Positions 19,391 to 31,033 of a stretch of DNA of 48,456 nt are shown here, one piece after another. Origin of the DNA: a virus (Duplodnaviria > Heunggongvirae > Uroviricota > Caudoviricetes); the IMG/VR virus record IMGVR_UViG_2850808358_000014. One strand, given 5' to 3'. Below the pieces are notes generated by a model. That model saw nothing but the letters and a program-made list of their open reading frames with translations, was not told the origin of the DNA and searched no databases. The position numbers and the translations under genes are program-made. Each line of letters opens with the position of its first letter. Within the stretch, counting starts at the first letter, position 1.

Positions 19391-21555
19391 TTACCAGCCC
19401 GTAATGTAGTTATCGCCCGCGTAAATATTCAGCCCCATACCATCCCCGGTGACACGGGAACTGGTCAGGCGTAACCCCTCGCCAAGTTCGACGCGCAGCG
19501 AGGCTTCCGCATTCACTTTTTGTTCCTGCGGTTCCTTATCCGGGGCCGTCCATTTCTGATACAGGTCGGTTACAAAACCGCCCAGATACTCCCCGGCGAC
19601 ACTGCCCAGCGTGGCACCGGCAACCGTACCCAGCGGTCCGGCAAGGCTGCCAACGGCACCGCCGAGCCATGCACCGGCTGTACTGCCAATTGCGCCTGCT
19701 TTTTCATGGGTTGACGCCTGCTCATCCATCAGGACGGGGGCAAGCTGGAGTGCCCCCATTACCGGGCCACCCAGACGTGACAACGCACGACCGGCACCTT
19801 TCCCCATCCAGCCAGCGCCCCGGCACCTTTTGTCACAACCCGACCGATCGCACTGCCTGCAAGTTTGTTTCCGATACCGGAAAACCACCCGCCAGCGGCA
19901 CGCCCGGCATCAGCCAGCTTTCCGACCGTTCCCGTAACCAGTTGCCCGGCAGCACTGCCTGCAAGCCTGCTCAGAAGACCGGATTTACCGGGTAAAGGTA
20001 ATGGTGCAGGCCGTGCCGTTACCGGTACGCCGGGTGGGGGTAATGCCAGTACAGGGCGTGGTGCAGGTAATGCCAGCGGCTGTGGCCCGGACAGCAATAA
20101 CGGCTGGCGGGGTAACAGCGGGGCCATTCTTCCGCCGCTCCGTCCGCGACGACCGCCGCCACTCCCGTAGCCACCAAATCCACGGGGCCAGTTGATGACA
20201 AACACACGCTGAATGCCGGTGCCCTGCAACAGCGTCTCAGACGTCATGGCATCCGGCACCGGCAGACCTGCCCGCCCACGTTTGCGGTTCCGCATCCAGC
20301 GCCACATACGACGCCCGGTTTTAAACGGGTAACTGGCAACCTGCCACGAAGGTTTTGCCACGGCCCAGCCTGCTCTCAGGGCTTTATTGGCAAGCCAGAC
20401 AGACACCAGAACAGCAGCCAGTTTTTTCAGGCTGGCAATATTCTGGTCAACCCATGCCAGCGCATCTTTACCCGGTTTCAGCCAGCGCCATAATTCCTGC
20501 GCCGCGATTTTTACCGTTCTGAACGTGGTCAGAAATTTCTGACCAATGTTTTCTGCCAGTGCGTCAAGTTCCCCGGATTTATCCGCCATGTCGTGCCAGT
20601 TAAGTACCCGGCGCATCTCGTTCTTGATTTCTTCAAAGGGGCCGCTGTTTGCCACCTTTGTACGAAACTCAAGCAGATTGCCCTCCATCTGGGCCATCAT
20701 CCCGTCCCAGGAGTTCATGGCCGCCGCCTGTGCGCCTTTTGACTGTTCCAGTAAGATTCTGAACACCGTCAGGATGGATTTCAGGCCCAGTTTGCCTTTT
20801 TCACCCAGCTTACGGATTTTTTTCTCATCCTCACCCGTTGCATCTGCCAGCACCTTGTAAACGTTGATACCGTAACCGGTCAGCAGGTTGGCATCCGCCG
20901 CCGTGATTTGCTGACGGGCAAACATCTGTTTGAACTGTAACGAAGCCCCCTGTGCAGTGGGTAAATCCCAGCCATGCATCGCGCCCTGGTTCTGTAGCAT
21001 GGTGATGAACTGTTTTACCTGGGCATCAGTCATGCCAAACGCAGTTGATGTGCGGATCTCCTGCAGAACACCACCCAGCCCCCAGGTGGTTTCTTTTGCG
21101 TTCTGCTTCGCCCACGCCATCATGGCCTGTGCTCTGGCCTTATCGCCGTGATAGAGCGAGTTCATGGCGATAATCTGCTGCTCACGCTGGGCGGCTGCAC
21201 CAATAAACAGTTTATTGGCGGTGTAACCCACGCCAGCGATACCCAGCGCCCCGGCTGACAGCATTCGGAATGTACGGGTTGACAGAGAACCCATTCTGTC
21301 AATGGCACCAGAAACGCGCACAACCTCCATACGCAGGGCACGCAGGGAACTTTGTCCGCTACGGGACAGGGCGTTTATCTGGTTCGAATACTGGCGGGAA
21401 CGCCGGGAAAGATTGCCATTAAGATCAATAATGACAGACGCTTTTAAGCGTTTCCCGGTCACAGAAATCTCCTGATTTAACGGTGATATTGAGAGAGGGT
21501 TTTCGCCTGCTGGCAGTGCCGGAAAAAGCGGGACAGCGGGAGGGACAAGGCCCAT
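19391..21555 (-). pseudogene. tail tape measure protein (Mu gp42), frameshifted
   Basis: 598-aa and 165-aa fragments; Gly/Ala-rich; frame change near 19819. Confidence 0.8.
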
Positions 21556-21606
21556 TCCGGGCCACTTTTCAGAATGATGCCAATCGCTGTCGCCGCTTTC
21601 TCAATA

Positions 21607-22041
21607 TCATTCCGGCACCGCAGCCACTCGCCCCCGTTCTTGCGTCAGCGATGCCGCCACCGCCATGTCGCGCAGCTCCACTGCCAGCGACAGACGCTGG
21701 AAGTCATCGACGGACAGCTTACGCATCAGCGCCAGTGATAACGGGCCTTTGAGGCAGCCCACACCGGCAATCTGACGGCGCAGCATTTCCAGTCCCATCA
21801 GGGACGGGGAACTGACCAGCACCGGGCCTTCCTTGCTCATTACCACTTTTTCAGCCGCCATCTGGGCATCAATCAGATCGCCTGCGGTCAGTTCACGCAG
21901 CGTCACGTCATACTGCATTTCAGTCTCGTCACCGGTGCCGAACGGCAGGCCGTCTTTCAGTTTCAGCCCGCCGGACTGAAGTTCTGCCACAATGCTGTCA
22001 TGCAGTTCCTGTGCTTCAGGACTTAAATTCATTTCGTCCAT
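21607..22041 (-). CDS. tail assembly chaperone (Mu gp41-like)
   Basis: 144 aa between tube and tape measure genes. Confidence 0.8.
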   Translation of the reverse strand: MDEMNLSPEAQELHDSIVAELQSGGLKLKDGLPFGTGDETEMQYDVTLRELTAGDLIDAQMAAEKVVMSKEGPVLVSSPSLMGLEMLRRQIAGVGCLKGPLSLALMRKLSVDDFQRLSLAVELRDMAVAASLTQERGRVAAVPE

Positions 22042-22050
22042 TGTTTCCCC

Positions 22051-22407
22051 TTATGCAATGCGTTTGCTTTGTTTTGCCATCAGTACCAGCGAAATTTCGC
22101 CGCCGTCGTTTTTCGGTTCATCTGCCTGCCAGGCATTCGCCATCATCCAGGTTTCACCGGTGTCTGCCTGAAACTCTGCCGTGATGTTTTCCCAGCCGAT
22201 GATTTCATCCAGACCGATATCACCACCGCCCGGAATTTTGCATTCCAGCTTTGCGGCGCGGGGTTTCCCTTTCCAGCCGTAAACCCGCGAGCCGGTCACT
22301 TCTTCACGGGTGGTGCCGGACGGCGTGAAGGAAGCACCTTCCATTGATTCAAGCTCCATGCCATTGACACGGATGTACGCCACCCCCTGACGCTGATTTC
22401 CTGCCAT
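22051..22407 (-). CDS. M: tail tube protein M (Mu gp40)
   Basis: 118 aa directly downstream of the sheath gene. Confidence 0.9.
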   Translation of the reverse strand: MAGNQRQGVAYIRVNGMELESMEGASFTPSGTTREEVTGSRVYGWKGKPRAAKLECKIPGGGDIGLDEIIGWENITAEFQADTGETWMMANAWQADEPKNDGGEISLVLMAKQSKRIA

Positions 22408-22416
22408 AAATGCTCC

Positions 22417-23903
22417 TTACAGAATGAACTGGATCTGTGCCGCAAAGATGCGGAACTGGTTAATCAGGTTCGGGCCGCACAACACATCAAGACGATCCTG
22501 ATCGGCTGTATTACGCACGACATACAGCTCCTCTTTGAACGTGTCGAAGTCTTCAACCAGCCCGTCGTTTTCCCATTCTTCAAACAGTGCCAGCAACTCG
22601 GTCCGGATCACGGAAGGTGTCACCACCGCCTGACCGGTGGCAAAGCGGGTGCCATCACTTGCCAGTTTGTGGCGCGGGAATTTCTGTGTGATACGGGTTC
22701 GCAGCGAATAACGCAGATAACTCAGCGTGGCGATGGTGTTCACATTCAGATAAGACGGGTCACTGTCGCCGTACCTGTTCGTGCGGTACATTGTGATCAT
22801 GCGTTCAATCTGCATTTCACCGCCATCATTCACGTTAAACGTGGAGATGCCGTCAAACAGCAGCGCATTACGTTCTGACCAGGTGAAACGATCGCCCACC
22901 GCAGGCGGTAGCCTGCCGGGCAGCGTCAGCGTCTGGAGCGGACGTGCCGGGTCGATGGAAAGCGCCTGGCTGGCAACGGCACACAGTGTGGCGGCGTACA
23001 GATATGACGGTTCCGGTGCACCGGCAATCCCCATACAGGAGATCAGATGGTCATTACGGCTGACACCAAACGTGGAAATATCGCCATACGTGCCGGACAG
23101 CACTGTCACGGCAAAGCCATCAGCCTGATTGACCGGTCCCCAGCGTTCCTGTAATTCCGTGCGTAACAGGTTCAGGTTCGGTTCATCGGTATAGGGCATC
23201 ACAATGTATTTGTATTGCAGATCGCCCATCCCGCGATACTGGCGCTGATATCCGGGTTGCCGTTTTTCCCGGTGGCGGCTTTGAATGCCGTAATAATCCC
23301 GTAAGGGGTGGTTTCACCCGCGTAATAGTTCCAGCGCACGTCCACGGCAGATAATGCACCAATAAATTTTGCACTCAGAACCACATTCGCATGGGTGTCA
23401 TCATCTCCACTGTCTGCGCGAACTTCTGCCGTCACCGGTAAATCAGGCTGGCCTTTGATTCGGGCAACCAGCAGGTCAGCCAGCGCCGCTCCCGTTGCAC
23501 CTGCTGCGACAGATACCGCCAGTCGCTGACCGGCAATGTAAGTCACAAGCGAGCCGTTTTCGCCTGCCGTTCCTGACAGTGAAATTTCACCGACAGCAGC
23601 ATTACCGGTGCCGCTCCCCTGCGGAATACACCACAGCTCCGCCACGCGGTTAGCGTTCAGGAATGCATCTGCCATCAGTGCCAGCATGGAACCCTGACCA
23701 AACGCCGCACTGGCCTGTGAGCCGGAACGGATACGGACAGGCACGTCTGGTGCCGCACTGGCTTTACTTCCGCTTTGCCCGAACATCAGCACGCGCTGAC
23801 GGGGTGCCGGTGTTCCGCTGACGGCATTACTGTTATCAAATTCGATATACGTCAGAGGAACGCGAACATCTGACGGGATCGCGTTAAATGAAATATCGCT
23901 CAT
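22417..23903 (-). pseudogene. L: contractile tail sheath protein L (Mu gp39), frameshifted
   Basis: 234-aa and 270-aa fragments; frame change near 23231. Confidence 0.85.
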
Positions 23904-24106
23904 TTCGATTTACTCCGTTTTTTCGGCGCAGTGTCGGTATCATCCGCCGTGTTTTCGGTGCTCCCGACTTCAACCACATCACCGGCTGCAAGGCGACGTA
24001 TCCAGAAACTGTTACGGGGCTTTTCTTCTCCCTCAGACGCCAGTAATTTCATCGTGAGCGGGTCACGGATGGCTTTTCCCGCTGCGGGTTTAATTTTCAG
24101 CATCAT
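23900..24106 (-). CDS. small protein (Mu gp38-like)
   Basis: 68 aa, conserved position. Confidence 0.7.
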   Translation of the reverse strand: MMLKIKPAAGKAIRDPLTMKLLASEGEEKPRNSFWIRRLAAGDVVEVGSTENTADDTDTAPKKRSKSK

Positions 24107-24638
24107 GATCCTCTTCCTGATTCACATTGATATGTGCGGCAAATTCCGGGGTTTCGTCCGGGAATTTCCAGGTCTGCCAGTGACGCTCGTAATCATCCAG
24201 CGAATCCATGTCCACACCTGACGGCAACGGCGTGATGCCACTGAAATAGATGCCGTACAGTGCGACACCTGAATTACCCTGAGCACTGGTATACAGGTTC
24301 TGGACGCTGGTCAGGCGCAGGCCGGTAGTCGGGCCAAACGTCTGTCCATTCATCCCGGCAATCAGACGCTCAACAATCTGGTAAATCCCCGGACGGTCGG
24401 TCTCCCGACCATTCAGCATTTTTGCCACCACATAAAACACCCAGCGGCTTTCCACCTCACGGCGGGTGCGGCCTTCACCGCAGCCCAGCCACGCCAGATA
24501 AACAGACGGTGGTGCAATCAGGATTTTTTTTATTGCGGCATCAGACCAGGTGCCCGGATGCGTTTTGATTTCGCGTAACGTTCGCCCGAACAGCCCGCGA
24601 ACGGTTTCAAGCAACGCAGCTTCTGTCGTGGCAATCAT
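24090..24638 (-). CDS. K: head-tail joining protein K (Mu gp37)
   Basis: 182 aa, conserved position. Confidence 0.8.
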   Translation of the reverse strand: MIATTEAALLETVRGLFGRTLREIKTHPGTWSDAAIKKILIAPPSVYLAWLGCGEGRTRREVESRWVFYVVAKMLNGRETDRPGIYQIVERLIAGMNGQTFGPTTGLRLTSVQNLYTSAQGNSGVALYGIYFSGITPLPSGVDMDSLDDYERHWQTWKFPDETPEFAAHINVNQEEDHDAEN

Positions 24639-25060
24639 CAGATGAATCCTCTCTGGTTACGGGAAAAAACAGCGGTATCAGATTTCACTTCCACCAGATT
24701 TTCGCTCACCGGTTCAGCGCCATGCGCGTCCGTTCCCAGCGGCAATTTTTCGTTAAGTACGTCATGCAGCCACTTAACGGCATCTTTATAACGTTGCGTG
24801 CACTGCTCGGTTGCCTGCGCATCACACAGGTAATAGAAGGCAATATCACAGCAGACGCGGGTCAGGGCGGCTGGCACAACAGATAACGGCAACGGATAAC
24901 GCGGGCTGATATAGCTGTCGATAAGTGCACGGGCATCCTGTAACGCCTGTTCAACCAGGCTGTCATCCGGTTCGCCCGAATCGGTTTTATCCGATGTCAG
25001 CGCGTCCAGGCTGCTGCGCCGGTAACGCTTTACCATGTCGTCAAGAGTGGCATAGCTCAT
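24638..25060 (-). CDS. J: head completion protein J (Mu gp36)
   Basis: 140 aa, conserved position. Confidence 0.8.
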   Translation of the reverse strand: MSYATLDDMVKRYRRSSLDALTSDKTDSGEPDDSLVEQALQDARALIDSYISPRYPLPLSVVPAALTRVCCDIAFYYLCDAQATEQCTQRYKDAVKWLHDVLNEKLPLGTDAHGAEPVSENLVEVKSDTAVFSRNQRGFI

Positions 25061-25467
25061 GCTTGTGCCTCAGCCAGCGCGGCTTTGATTTGCGCGCTGC
25101 TTACCGGTTCCCCCAGCGCCGCACTGACGGCTTTCACTTTGGGTTCCCCCCCTGCGGTAAAGTGTTCCGGGTTTGCCTTATCCAGACCGGCAACGGTCGC
25201 ACGGATACGGGCGTTCAGATCGCCCACACCCAGACCGTCCAGCCCCCCAGCCTCAGTGAGCGTTTCTGCTGACGATGCAGATACCACAGACAGCACGCTG
25301 TCGGCACGAATGATCGCCAGTTGTTCTTCGGTGACTTCCACGGTGTTTTCGCCACGTGTAAAGGCGATTCCGGCGCGGCGGTAGACCGGACGAAGGCATT
25401 TAATAATCGCCGTGCAAGTGATGCGAGAAGTGTCCAGCCGTTGTGAATTAAGCGAAGTGCCTGACAT
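25057..25467 (-). CDS. head-associated protein (Mu gp35-like)
   Basis: 136 aa downstream of the major head gene. Confidence 0.75.
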   Translation of the reverse strand: MSGTSLNSQRLDTSRITCTAIIKCLRPVYRRAGIAFTRGENTVEVTEEQLAIIRADSVLSVVSASSAETLTEAGGLDGLGVGDLNARIRATVAGLDKANPEHFTAGGEPKVKAVSAALGEPVSSAQIKAALAEAQA

Positions 25468-25533
25468 AACACATGCTCCTCCTTTTCCTTTAAATCAGGT
25501 TAAAAGGCGGTCTGAACCGCCTTTTAATGACGG

Positions 25534-26451
25534 TTACAGGTAGTCAGCGACAACCAGTTGCAGCTTGCCCTTCATCTCGTTGGAGACGGTGGTATTGCCA
25601 TCCGCGAACAGTTCACGGTTAAGCAGTTGCTCTGCGGCTTTTTCCAGCCCGACCGGTACAACGATATGCGTCGGCTTCAGGCCCAGCTTCTTACCGCCAT
25701 CACCTTCAAAAGATCGCATCAGTTGCCAGCCCTTCCAGAGGTTATCCAGCGTCAGATCGCCTTTTACCGCGACAGCCATCTGCCAGAAGCCGTAACCGGC
25801 AGCACGGCGGGCGCTGGCACCAAACAGGAACTCGTTATCCATAAAAACGTGGTCGTCATCGATACGGGTACGTGCGACCAGCTCCGGTTTGCGGCGCTCC
25901 TGGAAAATCAGCGGTTTGACTGCGCGGGAGCAGTCCAGCAGATAGAACGGCAGACCGCTGAAGCTGTCCTGCTCAACGATGTTGGAGGTATTAACCGCGC
26001 TGCCCGTGCCGTCCACATTCGGATATACCGGATGCTCCTTGTCGAAGAAGTTCTGACCGTCATAGCACGGCTGGGTAAAGCCATCTTTCAGAAGTTTAAA
26101 AATCAGCTCATCCGGCTGAACTGCCGCAGAACGGCCCATCTCCTGAAAAATCGGCGCATAAATACCCAGATTGTCATCCTCGAAGTCATCACGGGAAATA
26201 CCCACGGTGCCTTCAAACGTTTTATTGGCGATGGAGTAGCCATGCGCTTCCATTTGCTGAATGGTTCGCTTACCCACCCATTCTTTCAGGGTCGGGAATT
26301 TACCCAGCCAGCCATAGGTATTACTGCGGGTGGAAGAGTTCACCACCATTGCAATTTTGTTGTACTGCGACGGGGCGTCTTCAAGACCGCCCTGAAAATC
26401 CTTACGCCAGGAGGTCATCAGGGCTTTAATGGATGCCGGGGTGACAATCAT
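25534..26451 (-). CDS. T: major head subunit T (Mu gp34)
   Basis: 305 aa, MIVTPASIKALMTSWRKDFQ... matches Mu T. Confidence 0.95.
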   Translation of the reverse strand: MIVTPASIKALMTSWRKDFQGGLEDAPSQYNKIAMVVNSSTRSNTYGWLGKFPTLKEWVGKRTIQQMEAHGYSIANKTFEGTVGISRDDFEDDNLGIYAPIFQEMGRSAAVQPDELIFKLLKDGFTQPCYDGQNFFDKEHPVYPNVDGTGSAVNTSNIVEQDSFSGLPFYLLDCSRAVKPLIFQERRKPELVARTRIDDDHVFMDNEFLFGASARRAAGYGFWQMAVAVKGDLTLDNLWKGWQLMRSFEGDGGKKLGLKPTHIVVPVGLEKAAEQLLNRELFADGNTTVSNEMKGKLQLVVADYL

Positions 26452-27532
26452 TTTTCTTGTTCCTGTTTCATTTTCAGATACTCAGCCTCTGTAATGCCGA
26501 GCGCCTTCACTGCTGCCTGTTCATCAGCAGACAGCACCGCCACCGCCGTTTTTTCCTGCGACGGGATTTTCGCTGTGGTGGTCTGCATGGCAGATAACGC
26601 AGCGATGGGCTGTTTTTTCTCAAGCTGTGCCGACAGTGCCGCCACGCCAATCTGACCGCCAAGCTGTTCCAGGTAAGAGCGTTCGCTTTTGAAAATGCGG
26701 CCTTCCTGTTCCGCCTTGTCCAGAGCGGCGCTCAGGCTGGCTGTGGCGCTTTGTGCAGTCGCCTGTGCCAGTTCATCACGCAGGGCGTTGTAGCTTTCCA
26801 CCGGGACGTATTTCGTCAGGTCAACGGCGGCTTTCTGTGCCTTTTCCAGTTCGGCAGACAACGCCGCCACTTTTCCGGCATCTGTTTCGAGCGCATCAAG
26901 CGCACTCAGGGCCGCGATGGCCTGTTCATCGGTGATGTCTGCATTTTCGGGGACCGTCACCCCAAGACGCGCAAGCAGCTTGCGCAGCGTTTCATTCATG
27001 GGTTTGTTCTCCTGTTGAAGGATGTCGGGAAGGTCTGCCGCCAGTGCGGTCAGCTTTTTCATGCCGGTGGCACCGGGGTCATTGGTCAGCGCAGCAAGGC
27101 GGATTTGCAGCACCGCACCGGTGGCGGTGTCATACGGAAAAACCGCAGAGAGATAACCAAATTCGCCGTCATCGATGCGCTGCTGGGCCGCCGCCGTCCA
27201 GCGTGGGTGGATAAATAACCCTTCACCTTCACGCCACTGCATTTCATCGGCGTTAAACCAGCCAGCCGCGACGAGTTGTTCCGGGGCAATCCTTTGTCCT
27301 TACGTAGCTGGTTATGCTCGTAATCAATCAGCACGTCCTGGTTGAGCGCGCGAACGCCTTCAACCAGACGCCCGGCAATCTCACCGTCGATGAACCACCC
27401 CTGACCGCCTGTCACATCAAACGGACGACCATCACGGGCACTGAAATGACCGGCAGGCAATAGCTGGCACCAGCCGTCAGCGTCAATGGACAGCGCACTC
27501 AGTGCGGCAATGCCAATCGCGTGTTTTTTCAT
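26448..27532 (-). pseudogene. I: head protease/scaffold protein I (and nested Z), frameshifted
   Basis: 148-aa and 264-aa fragments; join ...KDKGLP|PEQLVAAGW... at a G/C run near 27284. Confidence 0.85.
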
Positions 27533-27728
27533 GTCCTGCTGCTCATCATGGTTTGTGAGCAGTCAGTTTGCGGGAGGTGCGGGAAAATCTGGGGTTATGC
27601 TATTTGAGTACTGGAGAAAGAAAGTGGAAGGAAGATAAAACGGGATTCATACACCGTTAAATACCGGTTTAAAAATCCCGTGGCGCGTTTTAAAAAATCT
27701 GTGCGGCTGATTTTATGTCTGATTCCGT
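27533..27728. other. central strong gyrase site (SGS) region
   Basis: About 200-bp non-coding gap between G and I at the genome centre, where the Mu SGS is known to lie. Confidence 0.55.
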
Positions 27729-28199
27729 TTATTGCCTCAGAGCGGCGCTGACGCGTTTTCTGATGGCATCAAAAATTTCCTGTTCCCCGGTCTTATCCAG
27801 CCCCATATAAGGACGCGCAGGAACGCCTGCCGGGCGGGGTGCCATATCGGGTGTACCGCCCCACTGATGAATGGCAGCATAAATTTTTGGCGAACCAATC
27901 AGGGCATAATCCTGTCCATAATCGGTGGTAATGCTGCGTGCCAGATCGCCATGCAGGGTAAGAATACTGCCCGGAACAAAACCATGATCCTGACGCCATG
28001 CCTGCCACGAATCGCTCCACGCTTCCCAGCCTTTCCCTGTATCCGGGTCTGCCTGCCGTTCAAATGCCTGTTCCGTGGATGACAGCAGCGCCGCAGCCAT
28101 CACACGGGGAATGGCGCGGTCACGTGTAATGGTTCCCAGTTCATCCAGTGCAAGCTGAATACGTCGCACATCCACGGCAACGTTCATATCAAGACTCAC
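27729..28199 (-). CDS. G: virion morphogenesis protein G (Mu gp31)
   Basis: 156 aa, conserved position. Confidence 0.9.
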   Translation of the reverse strand: MSLDMNVAVDVRRIQLALDELGTITRDRAIPRVMAAALLSSTEQAFERQADPDTGKGWEAWSDSWQAWRQDHGFVPGSILTLHGDLARSITTDYGQDYALIGSPKIYAAIHQWGGTPDMAPRPAGVPARPYMGLDKTGEQEIFDAIRKRVSAALRQ

Positions 28200-29514
28200 T
28201 TATTCACCTCCACATGCCCCTCCAGTATGTCAATCATCCCGTCAGCAATCGCGGCTTCAAGCGACAGTGCAGATACGCGGCTGATACTGACCAGCACATC
28301 CGCCCAGTCATTCTGTTTGCTGACAGCCTGCGATGTTCTGACCACAACTTTTGCAGTGCCGTCGCGGGTTGCCACAACATACAGCAACTGGTGGTTCTCC
28401 CTGTCCCACAATACCGCCTGTGGTTTTGCCATCAGCGACGGCAGACGCTGTAAATCTTCCGGTTTCAGGGCGGCATCAGCAGTGGTCGCCAGACTTTTCC
28501 CGTTCATTACAAGCAAACGGGCTGGCATATTCCCGGTGCGCTGATATACGGCTTCAGCCACGGATCCCGTCATAAAACCCAGCGCCCGGATTTCATGACC
28601 GGCCTGACGTGATCCTGCCAGGCGTTTAAGCCAGAGGGAAAAAGCAAGCTGACGCTCCCGGCTGTTATTCAGTGTCTGCACAACCTGCTCACGCAGCTGC
28701 GCGTCGTGAATTTCCACCAGTTTTCGAATCAGTGCCTGATCCGTACCAAATGCCGCCGAACCAGGGTTATATGACCAGCCTACATCCGGCGTCATTTTTA
28801 CCCGACCGTTGTCAAATGTGGTTGACGATGTGCGGAAAATCTCTCCGGTGCTTTCATCCGTACCGGCATCCACTTCGCGGGTGTTCATGAATGACGCACC
28901 ATAACTGACCTGTAGCCCCAGTTCTTTCATGCGGGCCGCAGACACCGCCCGGACGCGACAGCGGCAGTTCCAGCCATTGGGCGGGTAATGCGTCTGCCAG
29001 AAAATGTCGTCATACCTGAAAACCATATTGTGCAGCCGCGCATGTTCCGGGCGTGTTCTGCCATCCATAACGGCAACATACTGCCAGTACGGGTACAAAT
29101 CTGCGGTATTCATCATCTGCGCATAACGTCCTGCCCCATACGCCGTACGGGTATTGACGTTATAAATGGTTGCCAGACGACGCGGACTGCCCAGCTCGAT
29201 TACCTTTGCGTTTCCCTCTGCATCCACGATGATTTGTTTTCCCCACCATCCGAGTTTTTGCAACCGGGGGCCAGTGTGCGGGTAAATTCCTCACGGGTGA
29301 TGCCTTCACTGACAGCCCGCTCCACTTCCTCACGGATTGTGGTCAGGACATCCATCCGGGTGGCTTTGGCAACGGTAAAGGCGCGGGCGTGCGCGTCTGC
29401 CAGTTGTTCGTACCAGTTCCAGGTGATGTTGTAGCCTTTGGCGCGGAAATACGCGACAGCCTCCTTTGGCGGGAGGCGTGCGGCATACGCCAGATCAATG
29501 GTCTGCTGCGGCAT
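28196..29514 (-). pseudogene. F: MuF-like head morphogenesis protein F (gp30), frameshifted
   Basis: N-terminal and 355-aa C-terminal fragments; join ...TRTLAP|RLQKLGWWGKQ at a G/C run near 29268. Confidence 0.85.
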
Positions 29515-31033
29515 CCAGACGCCCCCATATATCGGCAACAAAAATGGCACGGGTCAGCATGTCGATAAGTTCTGCATCATCCATCTGCGGATATAATGAA
29601 GCGGCTTTGTTCATGGCGGCTTCCGGGCCATCTTTCAGCACAGAAAGAATGACGGGTTTCAGCAGGGGATCAACCGAACGCTGCCAGTCTTCCGGTGAAA
29701 CGCCCATCCGGTCGATATCATCCTCCTGCGGGATATCATCAGCGGATAATGCGGCTTCTTTCTGCGGACCGTTATCCATGACGACCGGTTGAGCAGTAAA
29801 CACGGCTTCATCACCGACCGGCTGTGGAATATGGAGTTTTTCCTGTATCCATGAGACCGGAATACGCATTCCCGCCGCCAGTTTCGGAATGGCGTCAGAC
29901 AGTGCCGTAATATCACCCGCTTCACTGGTATCAAATACAATGCCCGGCAGGCGGTTAATATCAATGGTGCTGCCACTGTTCAGTGCCAGCAGGGGATAAA
30001 TCAGATCACGGTTAATACTGCGGGCAAGCTGGCCCACATCCGCGTTACGGATTTCCCGGCGAACCTCATCATGCACTTCACCCAGCGACCGCGCGCCTTT
30101 ATCGCCAGCCTCTGTGGTCAGGGTGCCGCCCAGAATAGCTTTTGAAATCGCTTTTTCTGCCCAGCCAATCATCGCCATAAAGGGGTCTGACTGACCATCT
30201 GCGGCGCTCTGAAAATCCAGCGTCATCCCCATCGGAATAATGCCACCGGCACGTCGCCCGATATCCATCACGGCCTGCATCAGCGTGGCTTTCTCACGGT
30301 TCGTGGAGCCGGTCGGATATTTACCAACGCGCATGGGGAGTCCGTAAATTTCCAGAAACTCTGCAAAATCACGCACGGAATAGTTTTTAAAAATAAAAGG
30401 CCAGATAAGCGTGCGCACAAGGCCATTGGTGCCAACGTACCCGGTGCGGGATTTGGCCCGGTGCATAAACCAGCCGAACGGTTGCAGCTCCAGCCCGTGA
30501 TAAGACGCATCACGCAGGCGTAATTCGTTCAGATTGTCTGGGTTCGCGCAGAACAGCGCCGGATCGCGATGATGCAGCGCCACCGGTACGCGCATTTTCC
30601 CAAGCCCCCCCCATTCAATCTCCTGCATGGAATAGCCCTTGAGAATGGCATCACCGGCATCAAACAGGGCATCTTCAAACCACGCCGCATCATGCAGATA
30701 TTCATTCAGCATGTCGGCGTCTTTTTTCTCCTGTGCGCTGGCATCACGTGCCGGAGCGATGCGCCATTCCAGCGCCTGAATGGCAAGCCGGCGTTTGCTC
30801 AGTTCGGAAAAAAGGTGGGTGTCCTTTTCTTCCATATCAAAGGCCAGGTCAGCCTGTGCGGTCAGATCACCGCGTTCGGCATCACGCAGCATCTGCGCGG
30901 CCCGGTTCGGCGTCACACCACTGGAAGGATGCTCCTGCGTACGCTTCATGACCATTGCCAGCTCATCGCTGCGGGTCTGCATTTCATCGTCAAAATCAAA
31001 CGGCTGCCCGGAAATATCCAGAATACGGCCCAT
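29495..31033 (-). CDS. H: portal protein H (Mu gp29)
   Basis: 512 aa directly downstream of the large terminase. Confidence 0.9.
   Translation of the reverse strand: MGRILDISGQPFDFDDEMQTRSDELAMVMKRTQEHPSSGVTPNRAAQMLRDAERGDLTAQADLAFDMEEKDTHLFSELSKRRLAIQALEWRIAPARDASAQEKKDADMLNEYLHDAAWFEDALFDAGDAILKGYSMQEIEWGGLGKMRVPVALHHRDPALFCANPDNLNELRLRDASYHGLELQPFGWFMHRAKSRTGYVGTNGLVRTLIWPFIFKNYSVRDFAEFLEIYGLPMRVGKYPTGSTNREKATLMQAVMDIGRRAGGIIPMGMTLDFQSAADGQSDPFMAMIGWAEKAISKAILGGTLTTEAGDKGARSLGEVHDEVRREIRNADVGQLARSINRDLIYPLLALNSGSTIDINRLPGIVFDTSEAGDITALSDAIPKLAAGMRIPVSWIQEKLHIPQPVGDEAVFTAQPVVMDNGPQKEAALSADDIPQEDDIDRMGVSPEDWQRSVDPLLKPVILSVLKDGPEAAMNKAASLYPQMDDAELIDMLTRAIFVADIWGRLDAAADH

Noticed and set aside
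25558-26655. 365-aa plus-strand ORF antisense to the Mu T and I head genes
   Set aside because: Antisense to two well-supported structural genes, no ribosome-binding site, low-complexity translation; a typical spurious ORF in GC-rich coding DNA. The same applies to other long antisense ORFs such as 34094-34939 and 16198-16818.
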